64,000 nucleotides of DNA. Source: Escherichia coli (GTDB lineage Bacteria > Pseudomonadota > Gammaproteobacteria > Enterobacterales > Enterobacteriaceae). This document shows positions 34,270-50,526 of the stretch, piece after piece (within the stretch, counting starts at the first letter, position 1; each line of letters opens with the position of its first letter). The notes beneath the pieces are model-generated. The model worked only from the letters and a program-made list of their open reading frames with translations, had not been told where the DNA came from and made no database searches. A program made the position numbers and the translations under genes. The stretch is taken from assembly GCF_050920415.1 (NCBI RefSeq), contig NZ_CP169309.1; one strand, given 5' to 3'.

Positions 34270-35204
34270 TTATAACCACCTTACTGCAATGTCATGATTA
34301 TACTGTATAAATTTTAACTCTTCTTAGATCTTACTTCACTGGTCCTTATGAAACAATCAGCAAAATGAATCTTATTATAACACTGTTCGGTTATGTATTG
34401 TTGAGCCTTCCCGCTGGGCCTGCATCATTACAAGTCGCTCCCTATGGGGCTTTGTCGAATAAATAATTTTTCGGTAAGTATCCCCCTGAGCAGGTTGTAT
34501 CTTCAGGCAGTATGAACACTTTCTGGCATACCTACCTTCGTCATTATGTTCAGCGTATGCACCATGACCAAAGCCTCTGCAACCGGCCTATCATAATCTA
34601 GCAGCATCAGAGAACCTCAGAATAACTGTTTTACCCTGTTCATTGCCGTTTCCGCTATTGAGCGACGATTGTAATCTTTTGTCCATTTTCACCGGGAATT
34701 ACCCTCGGTCAATCGCTGATACGCGACTGCACAGTTACGGTCGGCATACTCACCGGGCCAGTAACCCGCTCCTTTTTGGGGTGGGATGAGCGCGCTGATT
34801 TTCACACGGCGCAGCTGCTCGTAACAGAGCCGAGAGGCGTAAACTCCGTCTGCTGCTGTCCTGATTTTTTGATGGGTTTGCCGGATTAATCCGGCTACAC
34901 CTCTACATCCGTTACGCTGAATGCTGAGGTCGCCCTTGGGAAGAAGGCATTGCTGACTTATACCAATCCGAAATCACCTCCTCGAGCAACCAGACAGGGA
35001 GGGGCCTCGGTTGATAAGAGCTCTGTTATTGATGTGCCAGTTGGTGATTCTAACTTTTGCTTTGTAACGGGACGAGCCGTGTTGGCAGATGATGTGTGGT
35101 CTGATCCTTAAACTCAGTAAAAGTACGATTTATTCAAAAAAGCCCCTCCACTATGATTTCGATTTAAGGGGCTGATGATTATGTAACGCGAATTTACCGG
35201 ATCC

Positions 35205-36590
<1,386 letters not shown>

Positions 36591-36908
36591 TCAGGGGGGT
36601 TGATATTCCGGATCGTGCCGTGTTTGCCCACGGCTCCCCCTGGAGAGCTGCAGACCTGTTTATTTAACTCGCACAGCGCCGGGGCCTGTCAGCAAACAGG
36701 GAGCATAACCGTCGTGCCATTAAACGCCAGACGGGAGATCATTATTATTTTATTAATACAGATCCGTTGCATTCCGGTCTTTACCGCAGTTTAAAAGAAA
36801 AGAGAATAGGGACTTAGGCAGTAGAGCAGTCATTGGACAGACCACACTACCCCAAACTAGCAGGGGAGTTTTGATAAAATTTTGATAACCGTTAGCAGGC
36901 TAACAAAA

Positions 36909-36976
36909 CACAACGGGCGTGTTATACGCCCGTTACAGTTTTTAACACATGCAGAAATTACATATTCTTGATGATC
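36909..36976. repeat. icd terminator hairpin plus icd 3' end; right-hand copy of the islet-flanking direct repeat
   Basis: CAACGGGCGTGTTATACGCCCGTT hairpin just downstream of the icd stop; matches 30595..30662. Confidence 0.65.
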
Positions 36977-38208
36977 GCATCACCAAACTCTGAACATTTC
37001 AGCAGCTTAGCGCCTTCCATCAGGCGTTCGAAATCATAGGTTACGGTCTTCGCATTGATTGCGCCTTCCATACCTTTAACAATCAGATCTGCGGCTTCAG
37101 TCCAGCCCATATGGCGCAGCATCATCTCAGCGGAGAGGATGATAGAGCCTGGGTTAACTTTGTCCTGACCAGCGTACTTCGGCGCAGTACCGTGGGTGGC
37201 TTCAAACAGCGCGCATTCGTCACCGATGTTTGCGCCTGGGGCGATACCGATACCGCCAACCTGCGCTGCCAGAGCATCAGAAATGTAGTCACCGTTGAGG
37301 TTCATACAGGCGATAACGTCGTATTCAGCCGGACGCAGCAGGATCTGTTGCAGGAATGCGTCAGCAATCACGTCTTTAATGACGATCTCTTTGCCGGTGT
37401 TCGGGTTTTTGACTTTCAGCCACGGGCCGCCGTCGATCAGTTCACCGCCAAACTCTTCACGCGCCAGCTGGTAACCCCAGTCTTTAAACGCGCCTTCGGT
37501 GAACTTCATGATGTTACCTTTGTGCACCAGGGTCACAGAGTCACGGTCGTTAGCAATTGCGTATTCGATCGCGGCACGAACCAGACGTTTGGTGCCTTCT
37601 TCCGAACACGGCTTGATACCGATACCGCAATGTTCCGGGAAGCGAATTTTCTTCACGCCCATCTCTTCACGCAGGAATTTAATCACTTTCTCAGCGTCGG
37701 CAGAATCAGCTTTCCATTCGATACCCGCATAAATGTCTTCCGAGTTTTCACGGAAGATAACCATATCGGTCAGTTCAGGATGTTTAACCGGGCTTGGGGT
37801 GCCCTGATAGTAACGTACCGGACGCAGGCAGATGTAGAGATCCAGTTCCTGGCGCAGAGCTACGTTGAGAGAACGAATACCGCCGCCAACCGGAGTGGTC
37901 AGAGGGCCTTTAATGGCAACGCGATATTCACGAATCAGATCAAGGGTTTCAGCAGGCAGCCAGACGTCCTGACCATAAACCTGTGTGGATTTTTCACCGG
38001 TGTAAATTTCCATCCAGGAGATTTTACGCTCGCCTTTATAGGCTTTCTCGACTGCAGCGTCGACCACTTTCAGCATGGCTGGGGTTACATCTACACCGAT
38101 TCCATCACCTTCAATGTAAGGGATAATCGGATTTTCAGGAACGTTGAGTTTGCCGTTTTGCAGGGTGATCTTCTTGCCTTGTGCCGGAACAACTACTTTA
38201 CTTTCCAT
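36958..38208 (-). CDS. icd: Isocitrate dehydrogenase (NADP)
   Basis: 416 aa, [38 protein letters not shown]...; intact, not prophage-interrupted. Confidence 0.95.
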   Translation of the reverse strand: MESKVVVPAQGKKITLQNGKLNVPENPIIPYIEGDGIGVDVTPAMLKVVDAAVEKAYKGERKISWMEIYTGEKSTQVYGQDVWLPAETLDLIREYRVAIKGPLTTPVGGGIRSLNVALRQELDLYICLRPVRYYQGTPSPVKHPELTDMVIFRENSEDIYAGIEWKADSADAEKVIKFLREEMGVKKIRFPEHCGIGIKPCSEEGTKRLVRAAIEYAIANDRDSVTLVHKGNIMKFTEGAFKDWGYQLAREEFGGELIDGGPWLKVKNPNTGKEIVIKDVIADAFLQQILLRPAEYDVIACMNLNGDYISDALAAQVGGIGIAPGANIGDECALFEATHGTAPKYAGQDKVNPGSIILSAEMMLRHMGWTEAADLIVKGMEGAINAKTVTYDFERLMEGAKLLKCSEFGDAIIKNM

Positions 38209-38379
38209 TCACCTCTCCTTCGAGCGCTACTGGTTTGCTCGTCTGCCACCACGTTGCATATGCGTTTGCGTCCTGCGATACGGATGCTTTAGAGCAATTT
38301 TTTGTTAATGATTTGTAATTGGCTTGTCAATACTACCCTATTGTTTGCCGTCATGAAAGATGCGCGTTATTAGGCTATA

Positions 38380-39033
38380 ATGCGGCAATTCATAATCTCT
38401 GAAAATACCATGCAAAAAACTTCTTTTAGAAATCACCAGGTTAAGCGATTCAGCTCGCAACGTTCTACCAGGCGAAAACCTGAAAACCAGCCCACGCGTG
38501 TGATCCTGTTCAATAAACCCTACGATGTTCTTCCGCAGTTCACCGATGAAGCCGGACGCAAAACATTAAAAGAATTCATCCCGGTTCAGGGAGTGTATGC
38601 GGCAGGTCGTCTCGACCGCGACAGCGAAGGGTTACTGGTACTGACCAATAACGGCGCTTTGCAGGCGCGTTTAACCCAGCCGGGTAAACGTACCGGGAAA
38701 ATCTATTATGTACAGGTAGAAGGTATTCCCACACAAGACGCCCTTGAAGCGTTGCGCAATGGCGTAACCTTAAATGATGGCCCTACCCTGCCCGCAGGTG
38801 CGGAGATGGTTGAGGAGCCGGAATGGTTATGGCCCCGTAATCCGCCAATTCGTGAACGAAAAAGTATTCCCACCAGCTGGCTTAAGATCACCTTATATGA
38901 AGGACGTAATCGCCAGGTGCGCCGCATGACCGCCCATGTTGGTTTCCCCACGCTGCGACTGATTCGCTATGCGATGGGGGATTACTCTTTGGATAATCTT
39001 GCCAATGGCGAATGGCGAGAAGCGACAGATTAA
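38380..39033 (+). CDS. rluE: 23S rRNA pseudouridine synthase RluE
   Basis: 217 aa; conserved position next to icd. Confidence 0.85.
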   Translation: MRQFIISENTMQKTSFRNHQVKRFSSQRSTRRKPENQPTRVILFNKPYDVLPQFTDEAGRKTLKEFIPVQGVYAAGRLDRDSEGLLVLTNNGALQARLTQPGKRTGKIYYVQVEGIPTQDALEALRNGVTLNDGPTLPAGAEMVEEPEWLWPRNPPIRERKSIPTSWLKITLYEGRNRQVRRMTAHVGFPTLRLIRYAMGDYSLDNLANGEWREATD

Positions 39034-39042
39034 GGATGCAAA

Positions 39043-40664
<1,622 letters not shown>

Positions 40665-40698
40665 TTATTATCTTTACTTAAACAAGGAAGCAGTGAAC

Positions 40699-41340
40699 GT
40701 GGCAAAGAATTACTATGACATCACCCTCGCCCTGGCCGGAATTTGTCAGTCGGCACGCCTGGTGCAACAACTCGCTCACCAGGGGCATTGTGATGCCGAT
40801 GCGCTACACGTCTCACTCAACAGTATTATCGATATGAACCCCAGCTCCACGCTGGCGGTTTTTGGTGGCAGCGAAGCTAACCTGCGCGTCGGGCTGGAAA
40901 CATTGCTCGGCGTGCTCAACGCCAGCAGTCGCCAGGGCTTAAATGCTGAGTTAACCCGCTACACCCTTAGCCTGATGGTGCTTGAGCGCAAACTTTCCTC
41001 AGCGAAAGGTGCGCTCGACACTCTGGGCAACCGCATCAACGGCCTGCAACGTCAGCTCGAACACTTCGATCTACAGTCCGAAACGCTGATGAGCGCGATG
41101 GCCGCTATTTATGTTGATGTGATTAGCCCGCTAGGCCCGCGCATTCAGGTCACCGGATCTCCTGCTGTACTGCAAAGCCCACAGGTGCAGGCGAAAGTCC
41201 GCGCCACCCTGCTGGCAGGCATTCGCGCCGCCGTGCTCTGGCACCAGGTCGGCGGCGGACGTCTGCAACTGATGTTTTCTCGTAATCGCCTGACCACTCA
41301 GGCAAAACAAATTCTTGCTCATTTAACCCCGGAGTTGTGA
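40699..41340 (+). CDS. hflD: Lysogenization regulator HflD
   Basis: GTG start with AAGGA RBS; (V)[28 protein letters not shown]; 213 aa. Confidence 0.85.
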   Translation: MAKNYYDITLALAGICQSARLVQQLAHQGHCDADALHVSLNSIIDMNPSSTLAVFGGSEANLRVGLETLLGVLNASSRQGLNAELTRYTLSLMVLERKLSSAKGALDTLGNRINGLQRQLEHFDLQSETLMSAMAAIYVDVISPLGPRIQVTGSPAVLQSPQVQAKVRATLLAGIRAAVLWHQVGGGRLQLMFSRNRLTTQAKQILAHLTPEL

Positions 41341-42714
<1,374 letters not shown>

Positions 42715-42727
42715 GCCTCAAATCAGT

Positions 42728-42762
42728 GCCGGATGGCGATGCTGTCCGGCCTGCTTATTAAG
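42728..42762. repeat. REP-like palindromic element / terminator downstream of purB
   Basis: TGCCGGATGGCGATGCTGTCCGGCCTG imperfect palindrome of GCCGGATG type. Confidence 0.5.
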
Positions 42763-42806
42763 ATTATCCGCTTTTTATTTTTTCTCTTTACCTCCCCTCC
42801 CCGCTG

Positions 42807-42823
42807 GTTTATTTAATGTTTAC
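42807..42823 (+). promoter_or_regulatory. PhoP box (direct repeat GTTTAT-N5-GTTTAC) of the autoregulated phoPQ promoter
   Basis: GGTTTATTTAATGTTTAC about 60 nt upstream of the phoP ATG. Confidence 0.8.
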
Positions 42824-42882
42824 CCCCATAACGACATAATCGCGTTACACTATTTTAATAATTAAAACAGGGAGAATGAAAA

Positions 42883-43554
42883 ATGCGCGTACTGGTTGTT
42901 GAAGACAATGCGTTGTTACGTCACCATCTTAAAGTTCAGATTCAGGATGCTGGTCATCAGGTCGATGACGCAGAAGATGCCAAAGAAGCCGATTATTATC
43001 TCAATGAGCATTTACCGGATATTGCGATTGTCGATCTCGGTTTGCCTGACGAGGACGGTCTGTCATTGATTCGCCGCTGGCGCAGTAATGATGTTTCACT
43101 GCCGATTCTGGTATTAACCGCCCGTGAAAGCTGGCAGGACAAAGTCGAAGTATTAAGTGCTGGCGCTGATGATTACGTGACTAAACCGTTTCATATTGAA
43201 GAGGTGATGGCGCGAATGCAGGCATTAATGCGGCGTAATAGCGGTCTGGCTTCCCAGGTAATTTCGCTGCCACCGTTTCAGGTTGATCTCTCCCGCCGTG
43301 AGTTATCCATTAATGACGAAGTGATCAAACTGACCGCGTTCGAATACACCATTATGGAAACGTTGATACGCAATAATGGCAAAGTGGTCAGTAAAGATTC
43401 GTTAATGCTACAACTCTACCCGGATGCGGAGCTGCGGGAAAGTCATACCATAGATGTACTAATGGGACGTCTACGCAAAAAAATTCAAGCGCAGTATCCA
43501 CAAGAAGTGATTACCACCGTTCGCGGCCAGGGCTATCTGTTCGAATTGCGCTGA
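42883..43554 (+). CDS. phoP: Response regulator PhoP
   Basis: 223 aa, [40 protein letters not shown]... Confidence 0.95.
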   Translation: MRVLVVEDNALLRHHLKVQIQDAGHQVDDAEDAKEADYYLNEHLPDIAIVDLGLPDEDGLSLIRRWRSNDVSLPILVLTARESWQDKVEVLSAGADDYVTKPFHIEEVMARMQALMRRNSGLASQVISLPPFQVDLSRRELSINDEVIKLTAFEYTIMETLIRNNGKVVSKDSLMLQLYPDAELRESHTIDVLMGRLRKKIQAQYPQEVITTVRGQGYLFELR

Positions 43555-45014
43555 TGAAAAAATTACTGCGTCTTTTTTTCCCGCTCTCGCTGCGGGTACG
43601 TTTTCTGTTAGCAACGGCAGCAGTAGTATTGGTGCTTTCGCTTGCCTACGGAATGGTCGCGCTGATCGGTTATAGCGTCAGTTTCGATAAAACTACGTTT
43701 CGGCTGTTACGTGGCGAGAGCAATCTGTTCTATACCCTTGCGAAGTGGGAAAATAATAAATTGCATGTCGAGTTACCCGAAAATATCGACAAGCAAAGCC
43801 CCACCATGACGCTAATTTATGATGAGAACGGGCAGCTTTTATGGGCGCAACGTGACGTGCCCTGGCTGATGAAAATGATCCAGCCTGACTGGCTGAAATC
43901 GAATGGTTTTCATGAAATTGAAGCGGATGTTAACGACACTAGCCTGTTACTGAGTGGAGATCACTCTATGCAGCAACAGTTGCAGGAAGTGCGGGAAGAT
44001 GATGACGACGCGGAGATGACCCACTCGGTGGCGGTAAACGTCTACCCGGCAACATCGCGGATGCCAAAGTTAACCATTGTGGTGGTGGATACCATTCCGG
44101 TGGAGCTAAAAAGTTCCTATATGGTCTGGAGCTGGTTTATCTATGTGCTCTCAGCCAATCTGCTGTTAGTGATCCCGCTGCTGTGGGTCGCCGCCTGGTG
44201 GAGTTTACGCCCCATCGAAGCCCTGGCAAAAGAAGTCCGCGAACTGGAAGAGCATAACCGCGAATTGCTCAATCCAGCCACAACGCGAGAACTGACCAGT
44301 CTGGTACGAAACCTGAACCGACTGTTAAAAAGTGAACGCGAACGTTACGACAAATATCGTACGACGCTCACCGACCTGACCCATAGTCTGAAAACGCCAC
44401 TGGCGGTGCTGCAAAGTACGCTGCGTTCTCTGCGTAGTGAGAAGATGAGCGTCAGTGATGCTGAGCCGGTGATGCTGGAGCAAATCAGCCGCATTTCACA
44501 GCAAATTGGCTACTACCTGCATCGTGCCAGTATGCGCGGTGGGACATTGCTTAGCCGCGAGCTGCATCCGGTCGCCCCTCTGTTGGACAATCTCACCTCG
44601 GCGCTGAACAAAGTGTATCAACGCAAAGGGGTCAATATCTCTCTCGATATTTCACCAGAGATCAGCTTTGTTGGTGAGCAGAACGATTTTGTCGAGGTGA
44701 TGGGCAACGTGCTGGATAACGCCTGTAAATATTGCCTCGAGTTTGTTGAAATTTCTGCAAGGCAAACCGACGAGCATCTCTATATTGTGGTCGAGGATGA
44801 TGGCCCCGGTATTCCATTAAGCAAACGAGAGGTGATTTTCGACCGGGGTCAACGGGTTGATACTTTACGCCCTGGGCAAGGTGTAGGGCTGGCGGTAGCC
44901 CGCGAAATCACCGAGCAATATGAAGGTAAAATCGTCGCCGGAGAGAGCATGCTGGGCGGTGCGCGGATGGAAGTGATTTTTGGTCGCCAGCATTCTGCGC
45001 CGAAAGATGAATAA
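43554..45014 (+). CDS. phoQ: Sensor histidine kinase PhoQ
   Basis: 486 aa; overlaps the phoP stop; two TM segments and HATPase C-terminus. Confidence 0.95.
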   Translation: MKKLLRLFFPLSLRVRFLLATAAVVLVLSLAYGMVALIGYSVSFDKTTFRLLRGESNLFYTLAKWENNKLHVELPENIDKQSPTMTLIYDENGQLLWAQRDVPWLMKMIQPDWLKSNGFHEIEADVNDTSLLLSGDHSMQQQLQEVREDDDDAEMTHSVAVNVYPATSRMPKLTIVVVDTIPVELKSSYMVWSWFIYVLSANLLLVIPLLWVAAWWSLRPIEALAKEVRELEEHNRELLNPATTRELTSLVRNLNRLLKSERERYDKYRTTLTDLTHSLKTPLAVLQSTLRSLRSEKMSVSDAEPVMLEQISRISQQIGYYLHRASMRGGTLLSRELHPVAPLLDNLTSALNKVYQRKGVNISLDISPEISFVGEQNDFVEVMGNVLDNACKYCLEFVEISARQTDEHLYIVVEDDGPGIPLSKREVIFDRGQRVDTLRPGQGVGLAVAREITEQYEGKIVAGESMLGGARMEVIFGRQHSAPKDE

Positions 45015-45089
45015 ATATGTCCATACTTCACGCATTACGTTAAGCATCCGTTATAATCGGTTGCAGATACCAGCCTGTGGATGCTTAAC

Positions 45090-46211
45090 ATGGAATACCA
45101 ACTCACTCTTAACTGGCCCGATTTTCTTGAACGTCACTGGCAGAAACGCCCGGTAGTGTTAAAACGCGGCTTTAATAATTTTATTGACCCGATCTCTCCA
45201 GACGAGTTGGCGGGTCTGGCGATGGAAAGCGAAGTCGACAGTCGACTGGTCAGTCATCAGGATGGCAAATGGCAGGTCAGCCACGGCCCGTTCGAAAGCT
45301 ACGATCATCTCGGTGAAACCAACTGGTCGTTACTGGTACAGGCAGTGAACCACTGGCATGAGCCGACCGCCTCGCTGATGCGGCCGTTCCGTGAACTACC
45401 AGACTGGCGTATTGATGACCTGATGATCTCTTTTTCCGTACCTGGCGGCGGCGTCGGCCCACATCTCGATCAGTACGACGTGTTTATCATTCAGGGTACC
45501 GGACGTCGTCGCTGGCGAGTGGGCGAAAAGCTGCAAATGAAACAGCACTGCCCGCACCCGGATCTGTTACAGGTCGATCCGTTCGAAGCCATCATCGATG
45601 AAGAGCTGGAGCCTGGCGATATCCTTTATATTCCGCCAGGATTCCCGCATGAAGGCTACGCGCTGGAAAATGCGATGAACTATTCCGTGGGTTTTCGCGC
45701 GCCAAATACGCGGGAACTGATTAGCGGATTTGCCGATTATGTGCTGCAACGTGAACTGGGCGGCAACTACTACAGCGATCCTGATGTTCCACCTCGCGCT
45801 CATCCTGCGGACGTTCTGCCGCAAGAGATGGATAAACTGCGTGAGATGATGCTCGAATTGATCAACCAGCCGGAACACTTTAAGCAATGGTTTGGCGAGT
45901 TTATATCCCAGTCACGCCATGAACTGGATATCGCGCCGCCAGAGCCGCCTTATCAGCCGGATGAAATCTACGATGCGCTGAAACAAGGTGATGTGCTGGT
46001 GCGCCTGGGTGGTCTGCGCGTATTGCGCATTGGCGACGACGTGTATGCCAATGGTGAGAAGATCGATTCCCCGCACCGTCCGGCACTGGATGCGCTCGCC
46101 AGCAACATTGCGCTGACCGCGGAGAATTTTGGCGATGCGCTGGAAGATCCGTCATTCCTCGCAATGCTCGCGGCGCTGGTCAATAGCGGATACTGGTTCT
46201 TCGAAGGGTAA
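45090..46211 (+). CDS. roxA: Ribosomal protein uL16 arginine hydroxylase (JmjC/cupin) RoxA/YcfD
   Basis: MEYQLTLNWPDFLERHWQKRPVVLKRGF...; 373 aa. Confidence 0.85.
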   Translation: MEYQLTLNWPDFLERHWQKRPVVLKRGFNNFIDPISPDELAGLAMESEVDSRLVSHQDGKWQVSHGPFESYDHLGETNWSLLVQAVNHWHEPTASLMRPFRELPDWRIDDLMISFSVPGGGVGPHLDQYDVFIIQGTGRRRWRVGEKLQMKQHCPHPDLLQVDPFEAIIDEELEPGDILYIPPGFPHEGYALENAMNYSVGFRAPNTRELISGFADYVLQRELGGNYYSDPDVPPRAHPADVLPQEMDKLREMMLELINQPEHFKQWFGEFISQSRHELDIAPPEPPYQPDEIYDALKQGDVLVRLGGLRVLRIGDDVYANGEKIDSPHRPALDALASNIALTAENFGDALEDPSFLAMLAALVNSGYWFFEG

Positions 46212-46225
46212 GTTTGGATTTAAGC

Positions 46226-46258
46226 CGGATGCGGCATCACATGCCGCATCCCTTTTCG
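46226..46258. terminator. Intrinsic terminator between convergent roxA and pepT
   Basis: GGATGCGGCAT-CACAT-ATGCCGCATCC hairpin followed by CTTTTC. Confidence 0.65.
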
Positions 46259-46259
46259 C

Positions 46260-47486
46260 TTACTTCCGTTGCGCCGTCAACTCGGCAATACGGACGATTA
46301 CCTGCACCGCTTTTTCCATACCTTCCAGAGTCACAAACTCATGCTTACCATGATAGTTGTAACCGCCAGTGAACAGGTTCGGGCACGGTAATCCCATAAA
46401 CGACAACTGCGCGCCGTCGGTACCGCCGCGGATCGGTTTCAGTTCCGGTTCAATATCGCAGTCACGCATCGCCTGCTGGGCGATATCGAGAATATGCGGA
46501 TGCTCAACCACTTTCTCGCGCATATTGTAGTAACTGTCTTCAATCACCAGTTCAATGTAGCAATCAGGATGTAACCCTTTGCCCACTTTTTTGGCGATCT
46601 CCATCATTTTACGTTTACGCGCTTCAAACTGTTTACGGTCGAAATCACGGATGATGTAGTGCATATCGGCCCGTTCAACGGTGCCTTTCATGCTCGCCAG
46701 GTGATAGAAACCTTCATAGCCTTCTGTCATTTCCGGGCTTTCATTTGCCGGAACTTCCGCATGAATACGTGCCGCCAGCGAAAGCGCATTTACCATCACT
46801 CCTTTCGCCGTGCCCGGGTGAACATTGTTACCGACAATTTTGATATTGACCGACGCGGCGTTGAAGTTTTCAAACTCCAGTTCGCCTACGCCACCACCAT
46901 CAACGGTGTAAGCCCAGCGGGCATCGAAGGCGTCAACATCAAAATGTTTCGCCCCTTTGCCCACTTCTTCATCCGGGGTAAAGGCGACGCGAATATCACC
47001 ATGCGGAATGTTTTTTTGTTGTAATACCGCCAGCGCGGTCATGATTTCTGCAATACCTGCTTTGTCATCGGCACCTAACAAGGTTTTACCATCGGTGGTA
47101 ATCAGCGTCTGACCCAGTAGCTGATGCAGCACCGGGAACATAACCGGTGATAAAACTTCATCGCCGATACCCAGCGCAATATCGCCACCGCGATAGTTTT
47201 CAACAATTTGCGGATTCACATTTTTGCCGCTGCAATCCGGTGAGGTATCCACATGAGAAATAAAGCCAATCGCCGGGATATCGCCAGGGACGTTAGCCGG
47301 TAACGTCGCCATCAAAGTGCCCTTCTCACTTAAGGTCACATTGATAAGCCCCATCTCTTCGAGCTGCTCTTTCAGCAGATGCAATAACTTCCATTGGCCT
47401 TCCGTGCTGGGAACCTGTCTCACCCCTGCCTTTGATTGGGTATCCAGAGACACGTAGTTCAAAAATCGCTCAAGTAGTTTATCCAT
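46260..47486 (-). CDS. pepT: Peptidase T (tripeptide aminopeptidase)
   Basis: ORF 46260..47528; start at [21 protein letters not shown]. Confidence 0.9.
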   Translation of the reverse strand: MDKLLERFLNYVSLDTQSKAGVRQVPSTEGQWKLLHLLKEQLEEMGLINVTLSEKGTLMATLPANVPGDIPAIGFISHVDTSPDCSGKNVNPQIVENYRGGDIALGIGDEVLSPVMFPVLHQLLGQTLITTDGKTLLGADDKAGIAEIMTALAVLQQKNIPHGDIRVAFTPDEEVGKGAKHFDVDAFDARWAYTVDGGGVGELEFENFNAASVNIKIVGNNVHPGTAKGVMVNALSLAARIHAEVPANESPEMTEGYEGFYHLASMKGTVERADMHYIIRDFDRKQFEARKRKMMEIAKKVGKGLHPDCYIELVIEDSYYNMREKVVEHPHILDIAQQAMRDCDIEPELKPIRGGTDGAQLSFMGLPCPNLFTGGYNYHGKHEFVTLEGMEKAVQVIVRIAELTAQRK

Positions 47487-47735
47487 GTAGTCACCCTCAC
47501 TTTTTGTGACAACATTATTAAGAAGCAAGAAAAGACAAATATTGCGTCAGGTCACTTTTAGCCCTGCAAGCGGGAATATTTATCAGCATTACCTTAATGA
47601 ATATAAAGCTAAGCCAGTAATTCACAACAAAGATTGGCGATTCAAGCGGTTTGCCGTAGAATTACCGCCCTCATTAAGAGTCACCAAGGTGGTTAACCAC
47701 AAACCCCGCATCGGTAAGCCATCCGTTGCGTTTAC

Positions 47736-48872
47736 ATGGGACAGAGTAAAAAATTGAATAAACAACCGAGTTCGCTTTCACCGCTGGTGCAATTGGCGGG
47801 AATTCGCAAATGCTTTGATGGTAAAGAGGTCATTCCCCAGCTGGATCTGACTATCAACAATGGCGAGTTCCTCACGCTGCTTGGCCCTTCTGGCTGCGGT
47901 AAAACAACCGTTCTTCGCCTGATTGCAGGTCTGGAAACTGTTGATTCCGGACGCATCATGCTGGATAACGAGGACATCACCCACGTTCCGGCGGAAAACC
48001 GCTATGTGAACACTGTTTTCCAAAGCTACGCACTTTTCCCCCACATGACCGTGTTCGAAAATGTGGCCTTTGGGTTGCGCATGCAAAAAACCCCCGCTGC
48101 TGAAATTACGCCCCGCGTGATGGAAGCCCTGCGGATGGTGCAGCTGGAAACCTTCGCTCAACGTAAACCGCATCAGCTTTCTGGTGGTCAACAGCAACGC
48201 GTCGCCATTGCTCGCGCGGTGGTTAACAAGCCTCGTCTGTTGTTGCTGGATGAGTCGCTCTCAGCGCTGGATTACAAACTGCGCAAGCAAATGCAGAACG
48301 AGCTGAAAGCGTTACAGCGTAAGCTTGGCATTACATTCGTGTTCGTAACTCACGACCAGGAAGAAGCACTTACCATGTCGGACAGGATTGTGGTGATGCG
48401 CGATGGTCGCATTGAGCAAGACGGCACGCCGCGTGAAATCTACGAAGAGCCGAAAAACCTGTTTGTTGCTGGGTTTATCGGTGAAATCAATATGTTTAAT
48501 GCCACGGTCATCGAACGTCTCGACGAGCAGCGCGTACGCGCCAACGTTGAAGGCCGCGAGTGTAATATCTACGTTAACTTCGGCGTTGAACCGGGGCAAA
48601 AACTGCATGTTCTGCTGCGCCCGGAAGACTTACGTGTTGAAGAGATTAACGACGACAACCACGCCGAAGGGCTGATTGGTTACGTTCGCGAGCGTAATTA
48701 CAAAGGCATGACGCTGGAGTCGGTTGTTGAGCTGGAAAATGGCAAGATGGTGATGGTCAGCGAATTCTTCAATGAAGACGATCCTGACTTTGACCACTCT
48801 CTCGACCAAAAAATGGCCATTAATTGGGTAGAAAGCTGGGAGGTCGTACTGGCTGATGAAGAACACAAGTAA
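47736..48872 (+). CDS. potA: Spermidine/putrescine ABC transporter ATPase PotA
   Basis: 378 aa; Walker [10 protein letters not shown] and ABC signature LSGGQQQR. Confidence 0.95.
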   Translation: MGQSKKLNKQPSSLSPLVQLAGIRKCFDGKEVIPQLDLTINNGEFLTLLGPSGCGKTTVLRLIAGLETVDSGRIMLDNEDITHVPAENRYVNTVFQSYALFPHMTVFENVAFGLRMQKTPAAEITPRVMEALRMVQLETFAQRKPHQLSGGQQQRVAIARAVVNKPRLLLLDESLSALDYKLRKQMQNELKALQRKLGITFVFVTHDQEEALTMSDRIVVMRDGRIEQDGTPREIYEEPKNLFVAGFIGEINMFNATVIERLDEQRVRANVEGRECNIYVNFGVEPGQKLHVLLRPEDLRVEEINDDNHAEGLIGYVRERNYKGMTLESVVELENGKMVMVSEFFNEDDPDFDHSLDQKMAINWVESWEVVLADEEHK

Positions 48873-49719
48873 GTTCCAGAATGTAGTGATTGTCACTATT
48901 GTCGGTTGGCTTGTGTTGTTTGTCTTTCTGCCCAACCTGATGATCATTGGCACCAGCTTTTTGACCCGCGACGACGCCAGTTTCGTCAAAATGGTCTTTA
49001 CGCTGGATAACTACACGCGTCTGCTCGATCCGCTCTATTTTGAAGTGCTATTGCACTCGCTGAATATGGCGCTGATCGCCACCCTCGCCTGCCTGGTGCT
49101 GGGCTATCCCTTTGCCTGGTTTCTGGCGAAGCTGCCACACAAGGTGCGTCCGCTGCTGCTGTTTCTGCTGATTGTTCCGTTCTGGACCAACTCATTGATT
49201 CGTATCTACGGGCTGAAAATTTTCCTCAGCACCAAAGGCTATCTCAACGAGTTTTTGCTCTGGCTGGGCGTTATCGATACACCAATTCGCATCATGTTCA
49301 CGCCCAGTGCGGTGATAATCGGTCTGGTTTACATTCTGCTGCCGTTTATGGTGATGCCGCTGTACTCCAGTATCGAAAAACTGGATAAGCCGTTGCTTGA
49401 GGCGGCGCGCGATCTCGGTGCCAGCAAGTTGCAGACCTTTATCCGCATCATTATCCCACTGACGATGCCGGGAATTATTGCCGGATGTCTGCTGGTAATG
49501 CTGCCAGCGATGGGCCTGTTCTATGTGTCCGACCTGATGGGCGGTGCGAAAAACCTGCTGATCGGTAACGTCATCAAGGTACAGTTCCTCAATATTCGTG
49601 ACTGGCCGTTTGGTGCAGCCACCAGCATTACGCTGACTATCGTAATGGGCCTGATGTTGCTGGTTTACTGGCGCGCTTCTCGTCTGCTGAATAAGAAGGT
49701 GAGCGAAATAGGTGATTAA
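48856..49719 (+). CDS. potB: Spermidine/putrescine ABC transporter permease PotB (3' end possibly re-formed at a prophage junction)
   Basis: 287-aa membrane permease overlapping the potA stop; no potC follows, phage genes do. Confidence 0.85.
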   Translation: MKNTSKFQNVVIVTIVGWLVLFVFLPNLMIIGTSFLTRDDASFVKMVFTLDNYTRLLDPLYFEVLLHSLNMALIATLACLVLGYPFAWFLAKLPHKVRPLLLFLLIVPFWTNSLIRIYGLKIFLSTKGYLNEFLLWLGVIDTPIRIMFTPSAVIIGLVYILLPFMVMPLYSSIEKLDKPLLEAARDLGASKLQTFIRIIIPLTMPGIIAGCLLVMLPAMGLFYVSDLMGGAKNLLIGNVIKVQFLNIRDWPFGAATSITLTIVMGLMLLVYWRASRLLNKKVSEIGD

Positions 49720-49894
49720 TCCTTTATATTCAATGAAATAAGTGCACTTTTTAATATCTTGATTGCTTAAAGCAACAATGTTGTGGGTTTCATCAAAATC
49801 AATCAGTTACGTTCTAGTTTTGGAGAATGTTTTTTTAGGCTTTTTGTTAAAGGTTGTTATGCATAGACTCAATTAATAACCCTTGCCCTGCAGC

Positions 49895-49926
49895 CTCTCC
49901 CCGACAATTCCAATTGTCGGGGAGAG
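49895..49926. other. Near-perfect 15-bp-arm palindrome between potB and the phage tfa-like gene
   Basis: CTCTCCCCGACAATT-CC-AATTGTCGGGGAGAG; no flanking T-run. Confidence 0.5.
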
Positions 49927-49953
49927 CTTCGAACGCTAGTCGCAGCTAATCTA

Positions 49954-50526
49954 TTAGCAAATGCCAAACGCTCGAATTGAAGCCAAGTCATCCAGATTAT
50001 TCAGTTGTTCCTTCATCTCCCGCTGGCGTTCGTGGATTTTAAATCCCTCCGCCACCATGGCCACCATCATGGCATCGTTCAGCGCAATAAGTTTCTCCCT
50101 GGTCAGTACGACGTTGTTATTATCCGCATCAGTCCAGAAAAAACCCTCCGGAAGCAGTCCGGCCTGTGCTGCTGCAACCACGGGGGCAAGGCGTGACTGC
50201 GAGGTTTTTCCGCCATCAAAACGACGGCCATCAAACGTGAAAATAAACTCAACGTTTTCCTGACTGTCGCGCCATGCCTCAATTTCCCGCCTTTTGGCAT
50301 CCTTTGCCGCTGCAATAAGTTCCGGCGTGACGGTGAACGGGGCGATTTCGCCCCATTTCCCGCTTTGCAGCTCCTGCCAGATGTGCTGGCCTGTCGGGGC
50401 CATATCATCCTGTATGGCAGTATACAGGGCGAACTCCGTTTCACCTTCAAATAACACCTCGCAGTCAACCGCACCATTTTCAAGATAATGTGCGTTTCTG
50501 ATACCTTTCACCGCTCTGATTTTCAT
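49954..50526 (-). CDS. Putative tail fiber assembly/chaperone-like protein (positional call)
   Basis: ORF 49954..50541 directly downstream of and overlapping the tail fiber gene; not recognisably lambda Tfa. Confidence 0.45.
   Translation of the reverse strand: MKIRAVKGIRNAHYLENGAVDCEVLFEGETEFALYTAIQDDMAPTGQHIWQELQSGKWGEIAPFTVTPELIAAAKDAKRREIEAWRDSQENVEFIFTFDGRRFDGGKTSQSRLAPVVAAAQAGLLPEGFFWTDADNNNVVLTREKLIALNDAMMVAMVAEGFKIHERQREMKEQLNNLDDLASIRAFGIC

Noticed and set aside
36958-38208. Possibility that icd is prophage-disrupted (e14 inserted)
   Set aside because: icd is full length and uninterrupted, and no e14 genes (integrase, lit, pin, mcrA) are visible; only a short icd 3' duplicate remains at 30595..30662.
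37111-38292. 393-aa plus-strand ORF antisense to icd
   Set aside because: Lies entirely within and opposite the well-supported icd gene; a GC-rich antisense frame with no independent start signals.
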